A DNA stretch of 64,000 nucleotides from Octopus vulgaris (lineage: Eukaryota): the NCBI GenBank assembly GCA_951406725.2, contig OX597825.1, positions 34,658,001-34,722,000 on the forward strand, given 5' to 3'. Made by a program: the position numbers and the translations under genes. Shown piece by piece: positions 12,467 to 25,708 of the stretch. How positions within the stretch are numbered: the first letter of the stretch is position 1; every line of letters starts with the position of its first letter. The notes under the pieces are model-generated. The model was not told where the DNA came from. It did not search any database and worked only from the letters and a program-made list of their open reading frames with translations.

Positions 12467-15189
12467 TACTATTATATAGTTATGGGCAATTACTGTTGAA
12501 ATCAATTTCACTTTTCAAACTTCCAGGGTTGACTAAATAAAGTACCAGTCATTTATTGAGGGTCAGTGTAATTATCTGTATTCCTTTTCCACAATGTGTA
12601 GTGCTTATGTCTATGTTAGAAATTAATATTTGGTTTCACAAAGAGAGCCACTACTCATAACCTTTGTAAGTATCCTAAACTCGTATGGTTGATGTTTATC
12701 TCCATCTTTTGTAGGTTGATGTCATCTGTAAGGAAACATTAAATATCATTTACTCTATATCTGGTTACAATTACTGAAGTTAATCTTGTGAACAATTTTT
12801 ATTTGTAGTAGTTTTTTTTTATTTTTTCATTATCTTTTCCCCAGTAGTCTTATTTTTATTGTGTACTTTCATTGTTCAACTACAGTTCTGTGTACCTTGG
12901 CTGTGTGTACTGTTTTGCTTTGTATTTAAACTATAATATTGTGTATTGTAATACATAATATGTGGGTAGTACTTAGTAACACTACTTTCTTTATTTAACA
13001 TATATTTTGTGAGTTTCAGGTTTGCTTATATACTTGTTGTGCATCTTTATTTTTAGTCATTCCTAAAACACCTTTTATTATAAGAATTGTCTCTGTTTTC
13101 AATCTCTATATTCTGGTTATCTTTATTTCCAGATCTTTATATCTAGATAGTTTCTCCAGTACAGTTAAAAATACATTATCATTCGTTGGGACAAATACTT
13201 CAATTATGAGATACTTCATTATCCAGCCCATTATCCTTGATCCTCTGTTATTTGTGAATTAACCAATTCCATAGTCTGGTTGCTTCGTCATTCTCCAACC
13301 TTTTCTGGTGTATATTTATATCTCCTCTTTTCTGTTGCTATTTCACAATGCTTACATAATTTCCAGAGTGTAAAACAACCATTTCTGTAGAGACTGGGTG
13401 GCCAATGACAAAGTGGTTAATTGTTTCTTCTCTGTTTCCACTTATTCACCAATAACTTAATCAATTCTGCTTCTTTACAATGCTTTTGTTGTTCCTGCTG
13501 GGATGTGTTTAATTGTGTTGCAATCATGACTTCTCCAGTCTCAGATCTGCTTCTCCCACAACATGCACATGCATTCACACGTACAAACACACACACACAC
13601 ACATTTTTGTATTTCATTCTTGTAGGTGCAAGCACGAGTGTGCAGTTAATTAAGAAGTTTGCATCCCAACCATATGGATTGGGGTTCAATCCCACTGCAT
13701 TGTACCTTGGTCAAGTGTCTTCTACTATAGTCATAGGCCAGCCAAAGTCTTGTATTTGGATTTGATTTAGAAACTAAAAGAAGCCCATTGTGTGTGTGTG
13801 TTACCGTATCCTTGCCTTACCATTGCATGTTAGTTGTGATCAAGTGTCACCATCATATAAGCACTGTCATTCATTTCCAATCTTCTATGAAAACATCTGG
13901 TCATAGAGAAATATTACGTTATATGAGGGTTGATGATAGGAAGGGCATCTAGCCATAGAAAATTTGCTTCAACAAATTTGCCTGACCCATGCAAGCATGG
14001 AAAAGTGGACATTAAAACAACAATGATAATGATCTTCATCATCACCCTTATGTGCATGTGTGTACACTCTACATGTTTTGTAAAGCTTTTGTATGACAGG
14101 TTTTGTGTTTGCATGTATGGGTCTATATGGCCAATATAGAAAGGTTTATTCTTTTAGGTCCTTATTTAAGTACACTGCATTCTACTGCAATGAAATCCCT
14201 CTGTTACTCAAAGTTGGTTGCTGTTATTTAGCTATTGGTCATCCCTTATTGCAGGCCTTTGATCAAAGGTCTTTAGTCATAACCATCCCATCTTTTTAAG
14301 AGTATGTGTCTTTTCTTTATTTAAGAGTGTGGTGTGATTTGAGGGGGTTATTTCTATCAGGTCAATTAATGATAGAGACTTTTTTGTTAGATCCTGTAAC
14401 TCTTTGCTGAAGTAGGTCTGTGTTTATAACCACATATTCTCATATAATTTGAATATATGCCCATCTTTCTTTCACTGACTAATAAAAGTAAAGCTCGCTT
14501 TGATTTATCCACAGTGAAATATGTGTCAAAGTAACAGTGAAACTTGATGCTTATAACTGTTACACAACCATCCCTTACATTAAATTCTGTCAGCTCATTA
14601 CTTCAATACTAATTATTTCATCTACTAAAGTTTTTTAGCATTAGAGAGCTCCAAAAGCTTTACATTACCTCTATGGTTTGTACCAGCATACTTCACTATT
14701 TATGACCATAGCCATTAAAGTCACTTTCAATAATTTTAATCCTCCAGCATTAATTACACCATCTAATATACCTGGTGAGTCATCAGAGTAGCTCACGAAC
14801 TTTGTTTTATCAATCCTACTTTGGCACATCTGTTGCAGGTTCTCTGGCAATCCTGCTATATATTTTGTGTACCTATTGCTTTCACCAAGTACTCAGTATG
14901 AAATTCCTATCTACTCCTTCTTTATACATTAAACAAAGTCAAGGGCTAAATGCTACTAGGATTTTGTATCCTCTGTACTAACTAGATGTACTAACTTTTG
15001 GACACTGAAACATTCTTCCAAGTTTGGAGCATTTTGCAGCTTTCAACAGATTCCACTATGAAACTACCTCAAAAGTACATAGAAGTTCTGAACGACATTT
15101 AGTCCTGGATCTTGACTTTTTTCTTCATGCAATGTAATTAATAGAAGTAAGATATTAAAGGCATCAACTGTTGAGTGCAGGGGAAGTGA

Positions 15190-15345
15190 TTACACTTGTA
15201 GGGGCACCTCTGATGGGAATGGATGAAACCTGTTGGGTACAACAGAGAGTGGAAATAACACATGGAAAAGGAAACTCAAAGAGTGTGAGAGAAGTGGTGA
15301 AGTCAGATATTAAGATGTTAAGAGAAATGGAGAATATGATGCTGC
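15190..15345 (+). mobile_element. RTE LINE 3' remnant
   Basis: Translation GMDETCWV..REVVKSDIKML resembles an RTE C-terminus. A similar remnant lies at 23800-24020. Confidence 0.4.
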
Positions 15346-16080
15346 TGATAATGATGATAATGATGGTGATATAGATGATGGCAGTGGTTATGGTAATAGT
15401 AATGACATATATAAATCTTTCTATACATTCTTTGTCTGGGTCTCTGCTATAGAACTGTTTGAACATATGTTATCACAAGTACAGGATACAAGCTACTAAG
15501 GGAGTCTTTAAGTGGTCACTCAATTTGCTAGAAATAGCAGATTTTTCTCTACCATCTTAAAAATGGAGGGGCACATTGGATAGTATAGTCATGAATACTG
15601 TCACGGCTGGAATGTCTTAATCATGGGCCTACTTAATCAGGGCTGACCTGGGACTGAACAAGAACAAGAGTAGAGTGATTAATATGACATGTGAGTCAGT
15701 GAACAAGAACCATGAGTTAATTTTTAATAATGATAAAAATAAAGATGATGTTACAGGAAGTCTGTTCAACCACGTAGCATCAGTGAATTAAAGTAGGTGT
15801 TATTTTAACAAACTTAATGACCCTTTCCAACATTTGGTCATCCTCTTGTTGACTTCTGATCATGTCTCAGTTTAAACTAATCTTTAGTATAATGGCCTGC
15901 TTTCTTAGAGAGCGTGTGAATTACAAATAGAGGTGATAAAAAAAACACACACACACACACACAAAACAAAACTAATGACTTGACCAATTGTTTAGAAACA
16001 ATATTTCTGAATTACTTCAGTGAAGTGTTTTTATTTATATAAGCAATGGTTATATTTGTGTCATATTTCTTTTATTGCAG

Positions 16081-16187
16081 GTTCTGCACCAATGTTCTTT
16101 GAAAAGACAGAATCAACAAAATTCCACAATCAACAGTGAATAAACTGAGCGTGGTTTTGTTGGGGGTCACTGATATTTCCTTTCAAG
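16081..16187 (+). other. Probable 5'UTR exon of the CARD gene
   Basis: tttcttttattgcag| acceptor and caag|gtaatt donor, 107 nt, non-repetitive. Contains uORF 16092-16139. Confidence 0.55.
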
Positions 16188-17840
16188 GTAATTTGAAAAA
16201 TAATATTTGAAATTTTGTTGTGTGAATAAATGTACTCATATATTTCCAGTCATCTGTTAAATAGTGTCACTCCATTCAATCCAACTAAAGATAAAACATA
16301 TATCCACCCACCAAAGTAATAGCAAAATATTGATTGCAAACTCCATGTAGAGCTTCCAATTGTTTCCAGGTAATCTCAAGGAAACGTATGAGACTCTTAC
16401 ACTGGACTAAGTTCCACTTATCCATTTCCCTGGGGCTACTATCAAAATCATCAATCTTATAAAAGCAGATTGTATGAAAAACCCTCTTGTTTAACCATTG
16501 AGCCTAATATCATAATAGAAGGCTAAATAAATGCTTATTAAATATATTGTTTTTTTCACTCCATATACATATCTATGGATATTTGTCTGCTGTAACTTCT
16601 ACATTTTGAACGCTACAGAATGTGTGCCCAGAATAGATTGGTGCAAGAACTGTGGACTAGCCACAAATGTTTAACCAATTTATTTCTGGCTCATAAGCTT
16701 GCTTTAGCAGAACTGATAAGGGCTGCTCTGATAACAGTAACAGCCTAAGCCATTAGACATTTAATACTAATCCATGTTAGGAAACATTTGTATTGCAAGT
16801 ATTGTCATGTGATTAAGACATTCACTTCACAATCCTATGGTTCCTAGTTCAATCTTATTATGCTGCACCTTGGGCTAGTGTTTTCAATCATAAGCCTCAT
16901 ATTGATACAGACTTTGTGAGTACAATTAGATAGAGAGAAACCGTGAAAGCCTGTCAGATGGCTTGTTCTTGATCCTATAATTAATTCTACTCCTGACCTT
17001 TAGATGCCTTTAGTAGAGTCCACTTTGTTGCAAGCATTTGGACCACATTTCCATTCTGAGAAGAATCATGAGTTGTTTTATTTTATTTATTTATTTCTAA
17101 CTCCTACCATTTTAGAGGTCCTCCTCTAGCTTATGGATATTTGCCCTTCTTCTGCTAACTAAGCCATACATTTCTTTATCATTTTCACATTTTGTAGCCT
17201 TGCTACAATCTAGTTGGCTGATTCATGCCAACATGTTCAATAAACACACTCTTCAGTGATTACAGCATTTTTATGTCAGGATCATAGTTGTAGTTGTGAA
17301 GTTTACATCTATTGATCTGTCTCTGCAGACTATTGTCTGTTTTTATATTCCTCTAGCAAATGTGTAGCTATGGCTCAATTTATTTAGTTTTCATATCAAT
17401 TCCTGGGTTTTTATTATGTAAAAGCTACCTTTAATAAACTTGTCTCATATCTTGGCAGTAATTTTTTTCTCATCTGTTTAATTCAGTATTAAATACAATG
17501 AAGCAGGCGAGTTAAAGCCTGAATTAATACTACAGAACCTAGATTGAAACAGATATTTAAACCTATTTGATTGCTAGAGAAATGAGGGTGAAACAGGTGA
17601 AGTAAGTGCTGAATGATTGTGAAAGAAAAACCAGAGTGAAATGTATGTTATGTGAACTGGGTGAATGCTATAGAAAATCTCAATATTCATAAAGAGATTC
17701 TCCAATCTATATTTATGTGAGACTTGATACATATTGAGTGAAGAAATTCAGTAATGAGTGTCTCATTTCTTGTAACTCTGATGAATTAATGATCTAACAT
17801 ATTTTCCAATATGTAAGGCATGATCTAAAGAAATGTTTTC

Positions 17841-18049
17841 CTAACTCTTCAGCATTTAAACTGGCCATATCCAGCCCAGATATTCTGTTTTAAGTTCAAA
17901 CTGGCCTGAACTGGCCTCTCATGCCAACCCTAAAATTACAGTCTCATCATCAAAACCTCAAGGCTACAAAGACAGGTATGATAAAATCAAAATAATGTGA
18001 GTAAATAAGCATTACATTTGACAGAGTAATCTGAATACTAAAGAGTTAA
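17841..18049. mobile_element. piggyBac-type MITE (degenerate copy of 5529 family)
   Basis: Shared internal sequence aaataagcattacatt..gagtaatc and decayed TIRs. Confidence 0.65.
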
Positions 18050-19164
18050 AGATCAAACATTCTTATAATATAAAAATATCCATCATTTAAAAAATTCTTT
18101 TAAAATATTACATGTTGTAAATTGAAGAGTATTGCAGTTTGATTGAAACATTGGAATATGTAGAAAGTGTGTTATCAAAGAAAGCAATACAAATAGAACA
18201 TTAAATATCGAAAATTACAATGACAAAGATACTGAAATGTTAATTTAGAAATATTTAATTAGTCCTGATATTTTGGATTAAAAACCCTTTTACAAAAGCT
18301 TTCAAGAATATGTCACTGATTAGTAGTTAATAAGATTATGATGTTTGGGGCAGTTAACCTCTTCTTCAGAGATTAGATATTTTTCAATATTTACATCTAT
18401 TTTATGTTTTGGTCTGTTTCTTTAATGTCTGATTGTCTTCAGATGTCTTATTCTTGCATATGTATCTAGTACCATTCTAGATGTAGACTAGGAATCTTTA
18501 TTTCTAAACTAATTACTAAATATTTTGAAACTAATTTGGTAATACAGAATTGTAGCTTGAGTCCAGTCAGGTTCTATCATATTCTCTATTACTGGTTTTA
18601 GTCATTAGACTGTGGTCATGCTGGGTTACTACTGCAATAGTTGCAGCTGATTACTTCGAACCTGGTACCTATCAACCTTGAAATAATGAAAGGTGAAGGG
18701 ACATGGATGAGATTTAAACTCAGAATATAAAGATAAGTAACCAAATACCATAATATATTTTGTTAGGTCTTCTACCAATTCTGCCAGTTGATTAGCAGAA
18801 TCATTAGAACATTGGGCAAATCATTAGAGCATTGCCTAAGAGTATTTAGTTATGGCACGTTACATTCTGAGTTCAAACTCTGCTGAAGTCAACTTTCTCA
18901 ATCATCATTCTGAGCTTCACAAAATAAATTACCAGTAAAGTATTATCTTGATTTATATTCCTATATGACACCTAAGTTTTAATAGATTTACAATAGAAAA
19001 AATATAGTGTTAATGTATGTATTGAACATTTTTCCATTTCTGAAGATGAGATTAATAGTCAGAAGAATTCTATTAGTTATTCTGATATACAAGTCAAATT
19101 ATTCAAACCAAACTTTACAGCTAAAAATGGTAGGTCAACTTATACACCAAGATGACTGTGGAGG

Positions 19165-19389
19165 CAAGCTGGCAGAAACGTTAGCACGCTGGGCGAAATG
19201 CTTAGCAGTATTTCGTCTGTCTTTACGTTCTGAGTTCAAATTCTGCCAAGGTCAACTTTGCCTTTCATCCTTTCGGGGTCGATAAATTAAGTACCAGTTA
19301 CACACTGGGGTCGATATAATCGACTTAATTCCTTTGTCTGTCCTTGTTTGTCCTCTTTGTGTTTAACCCTTTGTGGGTAGTAAAGAAAT
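19165..19389 (+). mobile_element. Young Meta-like SINE with 16-bp target-site duplication
   Basis: aagatgactgtggagg at 19149-19164 and 19390-19405. Confidence 0.9.
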
Positions 19390-19599
19390 AAGATGACTGT
19401 GGAGGACCAAAAATTCCATGACAAAGGCAACAGGATTTGGGAAAATAATGATGACATTTGAATATTTATATGACACACTATGTTGATTTGTATGCCAGAC
19501 AATTCAGTAATCTTATTTGCATGTTTTCTTTTTCTTTGCTTTTTGTTTTTGTTGTTTTTTTTTCTTTTCTTCTTTCTAAAATGTAGGTGATGAAAGGCT

Positions 19600-19888
19600 A
19601 TGGTGGCTGAAAAGCTCAGTAATCGTGAAGATCTTATTGAAAACCTTGACTCTGAACCAGTGTTTGATTACCTGCTCCAGCATGGTGTCATCAGTAAAGA
19701 AACCTACAATGATATTAACGAAGAAGAAGATATGCCTCTGCGGAACCAAGCTCTGCTGCAGCACTTGGAGGGTCTTCACAGTAGCAATGCGATGGCCCTC
19801 TTTATTAATGCTCTACGACAATCGGGGCAGCTTGACTTAGCAAGCTCTCTTGACTACACCAAAAGAATTAAACCCGTCCATGGTACAG
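19600..19888 (+). CDS. Coding exon 1 of CARD + TRADD-N-like protein (CARD domain)
   Basis: Acceptor tgtag| at 19586, in-frame TGA at 19591 before ATG 19600 (GCTATGG context). NREDLIENLDSEPVFDYLLQHGVIS..RNQALLQHL..FINALRQSGQLDLASSL fits a CARD helix pattern. Donor ACAG|GTAAAA, phase 1. Confidence 0.9.
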
Positions 19889-20094
19889 GTAAAAGGAATA
19901 CTTTTTTACATTTATATATTTTTCTATGAATATCTATATAAATATATGTGTGGCAAGATCTTCCATTCCTAACTACATGGTTCCTGGTTCAGTCCCAACG
20001 TGTAGCACTTTGAGCAAGTGTCTTCTACTATAGTACCAGACTGACCAAAATGTTATGAGTGGATTCAGTAGATAGAAACTGAAAGAAACCACAT

Positions 20095-20133
<39 letters not shown>

Positions 20134-20811
20134 TCCTTGCTTTCACATTCCTTGATTGTTGTAAATGAGCATCACTGTTATGCAAGCAGTGTCCTTCATC
20201 TCTAATCTGTGGAAACCAGTTTGTTCATGGGGAAATATTACCATGCTTTTGGAAACAGGTAAGGGTTGGCAGCAAGAAGGGTATCCAGACCATAGAAAAT
20301 CTGGCAAAATAGATTCAGTCCAATCCATGCAGGCATGAAAAAGTAGACTTTAAAATGATGATGATGAATACTTCTGTCAGGAATGCAATCAACAAATTGT
20401 ATCAAAAATGGAAAAACTAATGCCAGACATTATTTGGTTTGCTTGGAATATCATGATGTGTCTTGTCAAATTCCCTGACATTATGTTACAGATATTGAAT
20501 TTATTAATATTAGATATTATAAGACCTGTGGCATCTGGTAGTTGTTGTGTGTGTGAGAGAGTGAGAGCTCAACCTATTGCTCGGGTATCGATATATGCAT
20601 ATGAACTATTTTTATACATTGTATAATTTCAGTCTGATCGCAGTGCATCATTAGTATGTCATAAACATACATACATATATAAATGCATTCATATATATGT
20701 GCCCCAGCATGGCCACAGCTTGTGAGCTGAAACTAGATAAAATAAAATAAAAAATAATATATACATATATATATATGCATACATGTGTGTGAGCGTGTAT
20801 ATATATATATA

Positions 20812-21761
20812 CAAAATGAGAAAATGGAGAAACATACTTAAATCAATCATCAACCATCAGATAATACCCAATCAGTACTTTATTACACCATTACATAACA
20901 GCAATGACATTATACATAATATATTGCAAATATAACTAGACATGGAAATAGAAATATAAAATACAATTACATCATATCTGACAGCTGTTTCGGCCATGAA
21001 GACAAGTATGTCTCATTTAACCTATTAGCCATATAAAGCAGGTATAAATGAGACATTAACAAGGATGTCTCATGGCCTCTTCAGAGAATTTAATATAAGT
21101 GTGAAAAAAATTTACATATAAATATAAAAATATAGAATATAAAAATGTGTGCATAGACACTCATAATTCTACACATATATATATACACATTAATACAATA
21201 TAAACAAAATATATCAGTATACATTAACAAACACAGTTATTTTCCATATTGGACTCATAGTTCCATAACCAACATCAAGGAAATACATGTACACTCACAT
21301 TTAAATTTAAAGCAGACATATATATATAAAACAGTCCAGTTCATTAAAATGTATAACCATACAAAAAGTCAATAAAATTAATATTAATATTAATAATAAT
21401 AATAATAATAATAATTAATAATAATAACAACCATGATTGTACCATGTAAAGCAAGCGGACATCTACATATCAATAAGTCTAATTCATCTGTCCGCTTGAT
21501 ATTGATTTTCCTAGATAGATTCGATTGGCTTATAGTTTTAAATTTGAATCACAATGGAAATTTTACGGTTAGTTAGTCAAGAAATGCACATACGCACACG
21601 CACATCCACAGATCCAGCGCACATACATACATAATTATATGTATACACACACACATACACCCATACACATACATAGCCACATACACAGCCAAATCATAAA
21701 TAAATAAATAAATAATATAAGAGGTATAATCGTAACTATACACATGGAAAAACAGAGAAAC

Positions 21762-21763
<2 letters not shown>
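20812..21763 (-). mobile_element. Penelope-like element fragment between (TA)n tracts, carrying a hammerhead ribozyme
   Basis: AT-rich insert bounded by (TA)n at ~20797 and ~21763, containing a hammerhead with a palindromic minimal stem III typical of PLEs. Confidence 0.55.
20977..21087 (-). ncRNA. Type I hammerhead ribozyme, canonical core
   Basis: Minus strand: UCU-CUGAAGA-GGCCAUGA..long stem II..UCAUGGCC-GAAAC-AGCU-GUC/AGA. Confidence 0.85.
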
Positions 21764-21815
<52 letters not shown>

Positions 21816-22739
21816 CTTCTATTATAGCCTCAGGCTGACCAAAGTCTTGTGAATAGATTTGGTAGATGGAAACTGAAAGAAGCCTGTCGTATATATATAT
21901 ATGTTTGTGTGTCTGTGTTTTACTACCATCACTTGACAACTGATGTTGGTGTGTTTACGTCCTCATAACCTAGAGGTTCGGCAAAAGAGACCAATAGAAT
22001 AAGTACTAGGCTTACAAAGAATAAGTCCTGGGGTCAATTTGTTCAACTAAAGGTGGTGCTCCAGCATGGCTGCAGTCAAATGACTGAAAAAAGTAAAAGA
22101 ATATATAAATATGCATACATACTTGTATACACAAATGTGCATGCACACACATACGCGCGCACACACACACACACACACACATGTACATGTTTGGCAGATG
22201 TTAGCTTTAGGTGACTTGATGATAGAAGTTTTTTGACAAGGAGTTAAGATTGCGTGTGTGTGAACATCATGGCTTAGCTGGTTGCTGTTGATCGTGATGA
22301 TGATGGTATTTGATGTTTGTTGACTGGTTATGCCAGTGATGGCAGTGCTAGACATACATCACCATCAGCAGCCGATGTGCTGTGATGGGTTGGGAGTGGG
22401 GAGGACAAAATGTAGTATCATCTGATATGTTTCCCTTGAATGCTCGGTAGCAACTGTTGAATGACCCCTTCATTGTGTGGTTAAGAAGTTTGCTTTCCAC
22501 CCACATGGTTCCAGGTTCAGTCCCACATTGTGGCAACTAGGGCAAGTGTCTTCTCCTATAGCCTTAGGCTGATGAAAGCCTTGTGAGTGGATTTAGATGG
22601 AAACTGAAAGAAGCCCATTATGTATGTGTGTGTGTGTGTGTGTGTATATGTGTCTGTATATATATATATAAAGCATTGAGTTCACGTTTCAGGCAGGTTA
22701 ACAATTCATCTGTCTGAAGCCATTGTCCTATTTTCAATA

Positions 22740-22997
22740 TCAAAAAGCTTTAGTGACTTTATCTTCAGCTTCAGAACAAAGGGAATCTAATAACCGTCCA
22801 TTACCTCATTTGAAAACAGACTCTCCATTTACACAAACTTGTACTGCATTCCAGTCAGGGATTTCCCTCAGCTCCACAGTATGGCCACTCTTTCTTAGAA
22901 CATTTGGCAAGCCTTCCAAACATTTGGTTTGATAATTAACTGTCCAGCAAGATTCATATGAGCTATAATGAATGAAAACATACGCATTCTTAGGCAT
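22740..22997 (-). pseudogene. C10orf53: Processed pseudogene of UPF0728 / C10orf53 homolog
   Basis: MPKNAYVFIHYSSYESC..LEGLPNVLRKSGHTVELREIPDWNAVQVCVNGESVFK*GNGRLLDSLCSEAEDKVTKAF* aligns end to end with C10orf53 as recalled (MPKNAVV..EDWNVVELMVN..GDGKLDPLC). Intronless, with an in-frame TGA at 22806-22808 and ~8 codons missing. Confidence 0.85.
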
Positions 22998-24083
22998 TAC
23001 TATCAATAAAAATCAAAGATTTCTATGGTATTTTCAATTCATGGAACAGCTTCATTCACAATTTAATGTATGTATCATCATTTAATGTCTGTTTTTCTAT
23101 GCTGGCTTGGGTTAGATAGTTTAACTGGGACTAGTAAACCAGAGAGCTGTGTCAGGCTCCAGTTGTCTGTTTTGACTTGGTTTCTATGGCAGGATGTCCT
23201 TCCTAATGCCAACCACTTTACAGAACACTCTACAAAAGTGTCTTTTCTTTGTCATTGGCCTGGGTGCCCTTCTGTGTGTTGCCAGCACTGACCACAACCA
23301 TGATTTCACTTAGCATGATGTATCTTCTCAAGCACATATTTACATGTGTGTGTGGTGGGGTGTTTCCTCGTACTAACATCTCATGGCTCTTCCTTGTACT
23401 AACATCTCAATGTCATTCATTTCTAATATCCTGTAAAAAAAAACATGACTGGCCATGGGAAAATATCACCTTGTTCAGAAAGAGATACAGGTTGGCAACA
23501 AGAAGAGCATCCAGCTGTAGAAAATCCGCCCCAATATACTTTGTCCAACACATGCAAAGCATGGCAAAGTAGGCATTACAACAACAACGACAAGGACAGA
23601 AGTTTGAGTCAAAGTAATAAGATTTAAAAAGTGGTCAAGCTGACATTTCTAATTAGTCAAAAGATACCAAAAAAATTTTTCATGTTGCCATGCTAAAGAA
23701 AATTCTAATTGGCAAAAGGGCCAAGATTTTTGGTTAATGAATCATGAGTTTGGAGTTTGAATCTGTTCTAGACTTCCTATTGTGTGTTTTTGTGTGTGCG
23801 TTTGAAATCTGTAATGATGTGCAAGAGAGAATTTTGTGCTGGTATGAACACGTGACATGTATAACGAAAGACAGTTGGATTAAGAAGTGTTAAGCAATTC
23901 AAGAGGAAGGCAATGGAAGAAGTGGTGAAGTTTGATCTCAGGATAAAGTCTCACAAAGATGACAAGGGGACCACAGCGAGTGCTAGGGTGCTGTGGTGTA
24001 GCAGATCCATCCAACCCAATATGTTCCATTATAATAAAAGCAATTTTACATTAATCTGATGAGTTACTTTTGTAGAGTGCAAA

Positions 24084-24224
24084 TTTAGTATTCTTAAACA
24101 AGAATGCTCTTCACAGCAACTTCAAAATTTCAGCTAGCTAAACCATTGACTGCAGTCTGACAATGGCTTAGCTGGCCAAAACTTCAAAGTTACTGTCAAC
24201 AATATTCTTATATGAGAATAATAA
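24084..24224. mobile_element. Palindromic mini-element made of two head-to-head hammerhead copies (copy 1)
   Basis: Arms are inverted about gactgcagtc. Right arm reads CAGU-CUGACaA-UGGCUUAGCUGGCC-aAAAC-UUCaAA-GUU-ACUG. Confidence 0.65.
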
Positions 24225-24272
24225 ATAAATATACATACATAGGTAGGTACGTACGTATGTACCTACCTACCT

Positions 24273-24307
<35 letters not shown>

Positions 24308-25708
24308 AACAAACAAACAAACAAACAAACAAAAGGTATATATGTTGGGTTGAGACAGCATATTGAATCCTAGACTGGGAAACATAAAGAAGTATAGGTC
24401 TGTATTATAAACACCAGTGTAGTGGTGCTTAGTACCAGGTCATTAATACTAGGTCAATCAGAACTGAGGTACATCTGAGTTGTGAGAATTTAAGAGAAAG
24501 CAGAGTAAAAGTCAGAATACAACAATAAATATCAAGATGATTGCTATTCAAAAGTTATTGTAACCAGAGTTGGTCAGCTGGTTGTTTGGGAACAAACAAA
24601 AAGAATAAATTCCCAAACAACCAGCTGATATCAATGTAGATTTGTTAGTGACCTGAATTTGTAAGTGAACAGCTTTTTGGTGGATGAATACAAGCTGGGC
24701 AAAGTGGAAATGGCTTAAGTGAAAGCCGGTGTTGATAGTGCCAGAGTAACACTCACTGAGGATATAGCTCCTCTAACAACACTATGTATCTCTGTGACAC
24801 AGAGCCCCAAGCTATAGAACATCTGTCGAGATTATTCTAATGTAAGAAACTTGTTATTCTGCTGACTATGTAATGTGAATTGAAGATGCAGAGAATGTGT
24901 TCAGCTTTGGATGAATAAAATGTAGCTGTATGTAAGATAGAATTTGAGGTTTTGTAGACAAAAGCATTACTACTCTTACTGTTGAAAATCTAGTCTGGTA
25001 CTATATACATATCCATATCACAATAGAAATGTTGTGTTTATATAAATATTGGTTTCAAATTTTGGCACAGAGCCAGCAGTTTGAAAGGGGTTGGGGTAAT
25101 TCAATTACATCAACCCCAGTACTCTATTAGTACTTATTTTATTGACCATGAAAGGCAAAGTCAACCTTGGTGGAATTTGCATTCAAAATGTTAGGATGGA
25201 TGAAATACTGCTAAGCATTTTGCCCAATATGCTAACAATTCTTCCAGCTCACTATTATATGTGTAGATATTTAAAAAGAAAAAAAAACTACATTGCATTT
25301 GTTTCAATTAATTTTGAAAATAATAAAGAATTTGGTAAAATATCTAAGCTGGTAATTGGAATATAAATTGATAAGGAATTTTAATTTAGATGACTTTATA
25401 TAGAAAGTTTGTATCATAGGAACAGGGGCAGTCTTGAGTAGATTGGAATCAAAAGGATTATCTAAGATTACATTATTTAATATACTCTTTCTTTTCTCAA
25501 GATGATAAGGTGAGATTTGAGAGTGATTTAGCTGCTATTTCTTGTAGATCGAGCAACCGCCAAAACTTCTTCCAATTGAGAAATTGACCACAGGCACTGA
25601 CTGGTCATATCATTGGCAACAATTGTTGAGCACCTAGAAAATCTTGTTAGAATATTTTCTCTGAATTGTTGTATCAAACTGTTTTTCATTTTCTTTTGTA
25701 ATTTTCAG

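Noticed and set aside
17228-17260. Minus-strand CUGAAGA..GAACAUGUU motif (similar weak hits near 19040 and 56590)
   Set aside because: Stems I and II do not pair convincingly. Indistinguishable from chance in AT-rich DNA.
19889-19929. CARD-only 109-aa protein ending at 19929
   Set aside because: The tail KRNTFLHLYIFL is intron read-through after a good donor, and downstream exons continue in frame.
22806-22808. In-frame TGA in the C10orf53 copy as selenocysteine or readthrough
   Set aside because: It coincides with a deletion of conserved residues. Other conserved positions are also degraded, and I saw no SECIS-like hairpin.
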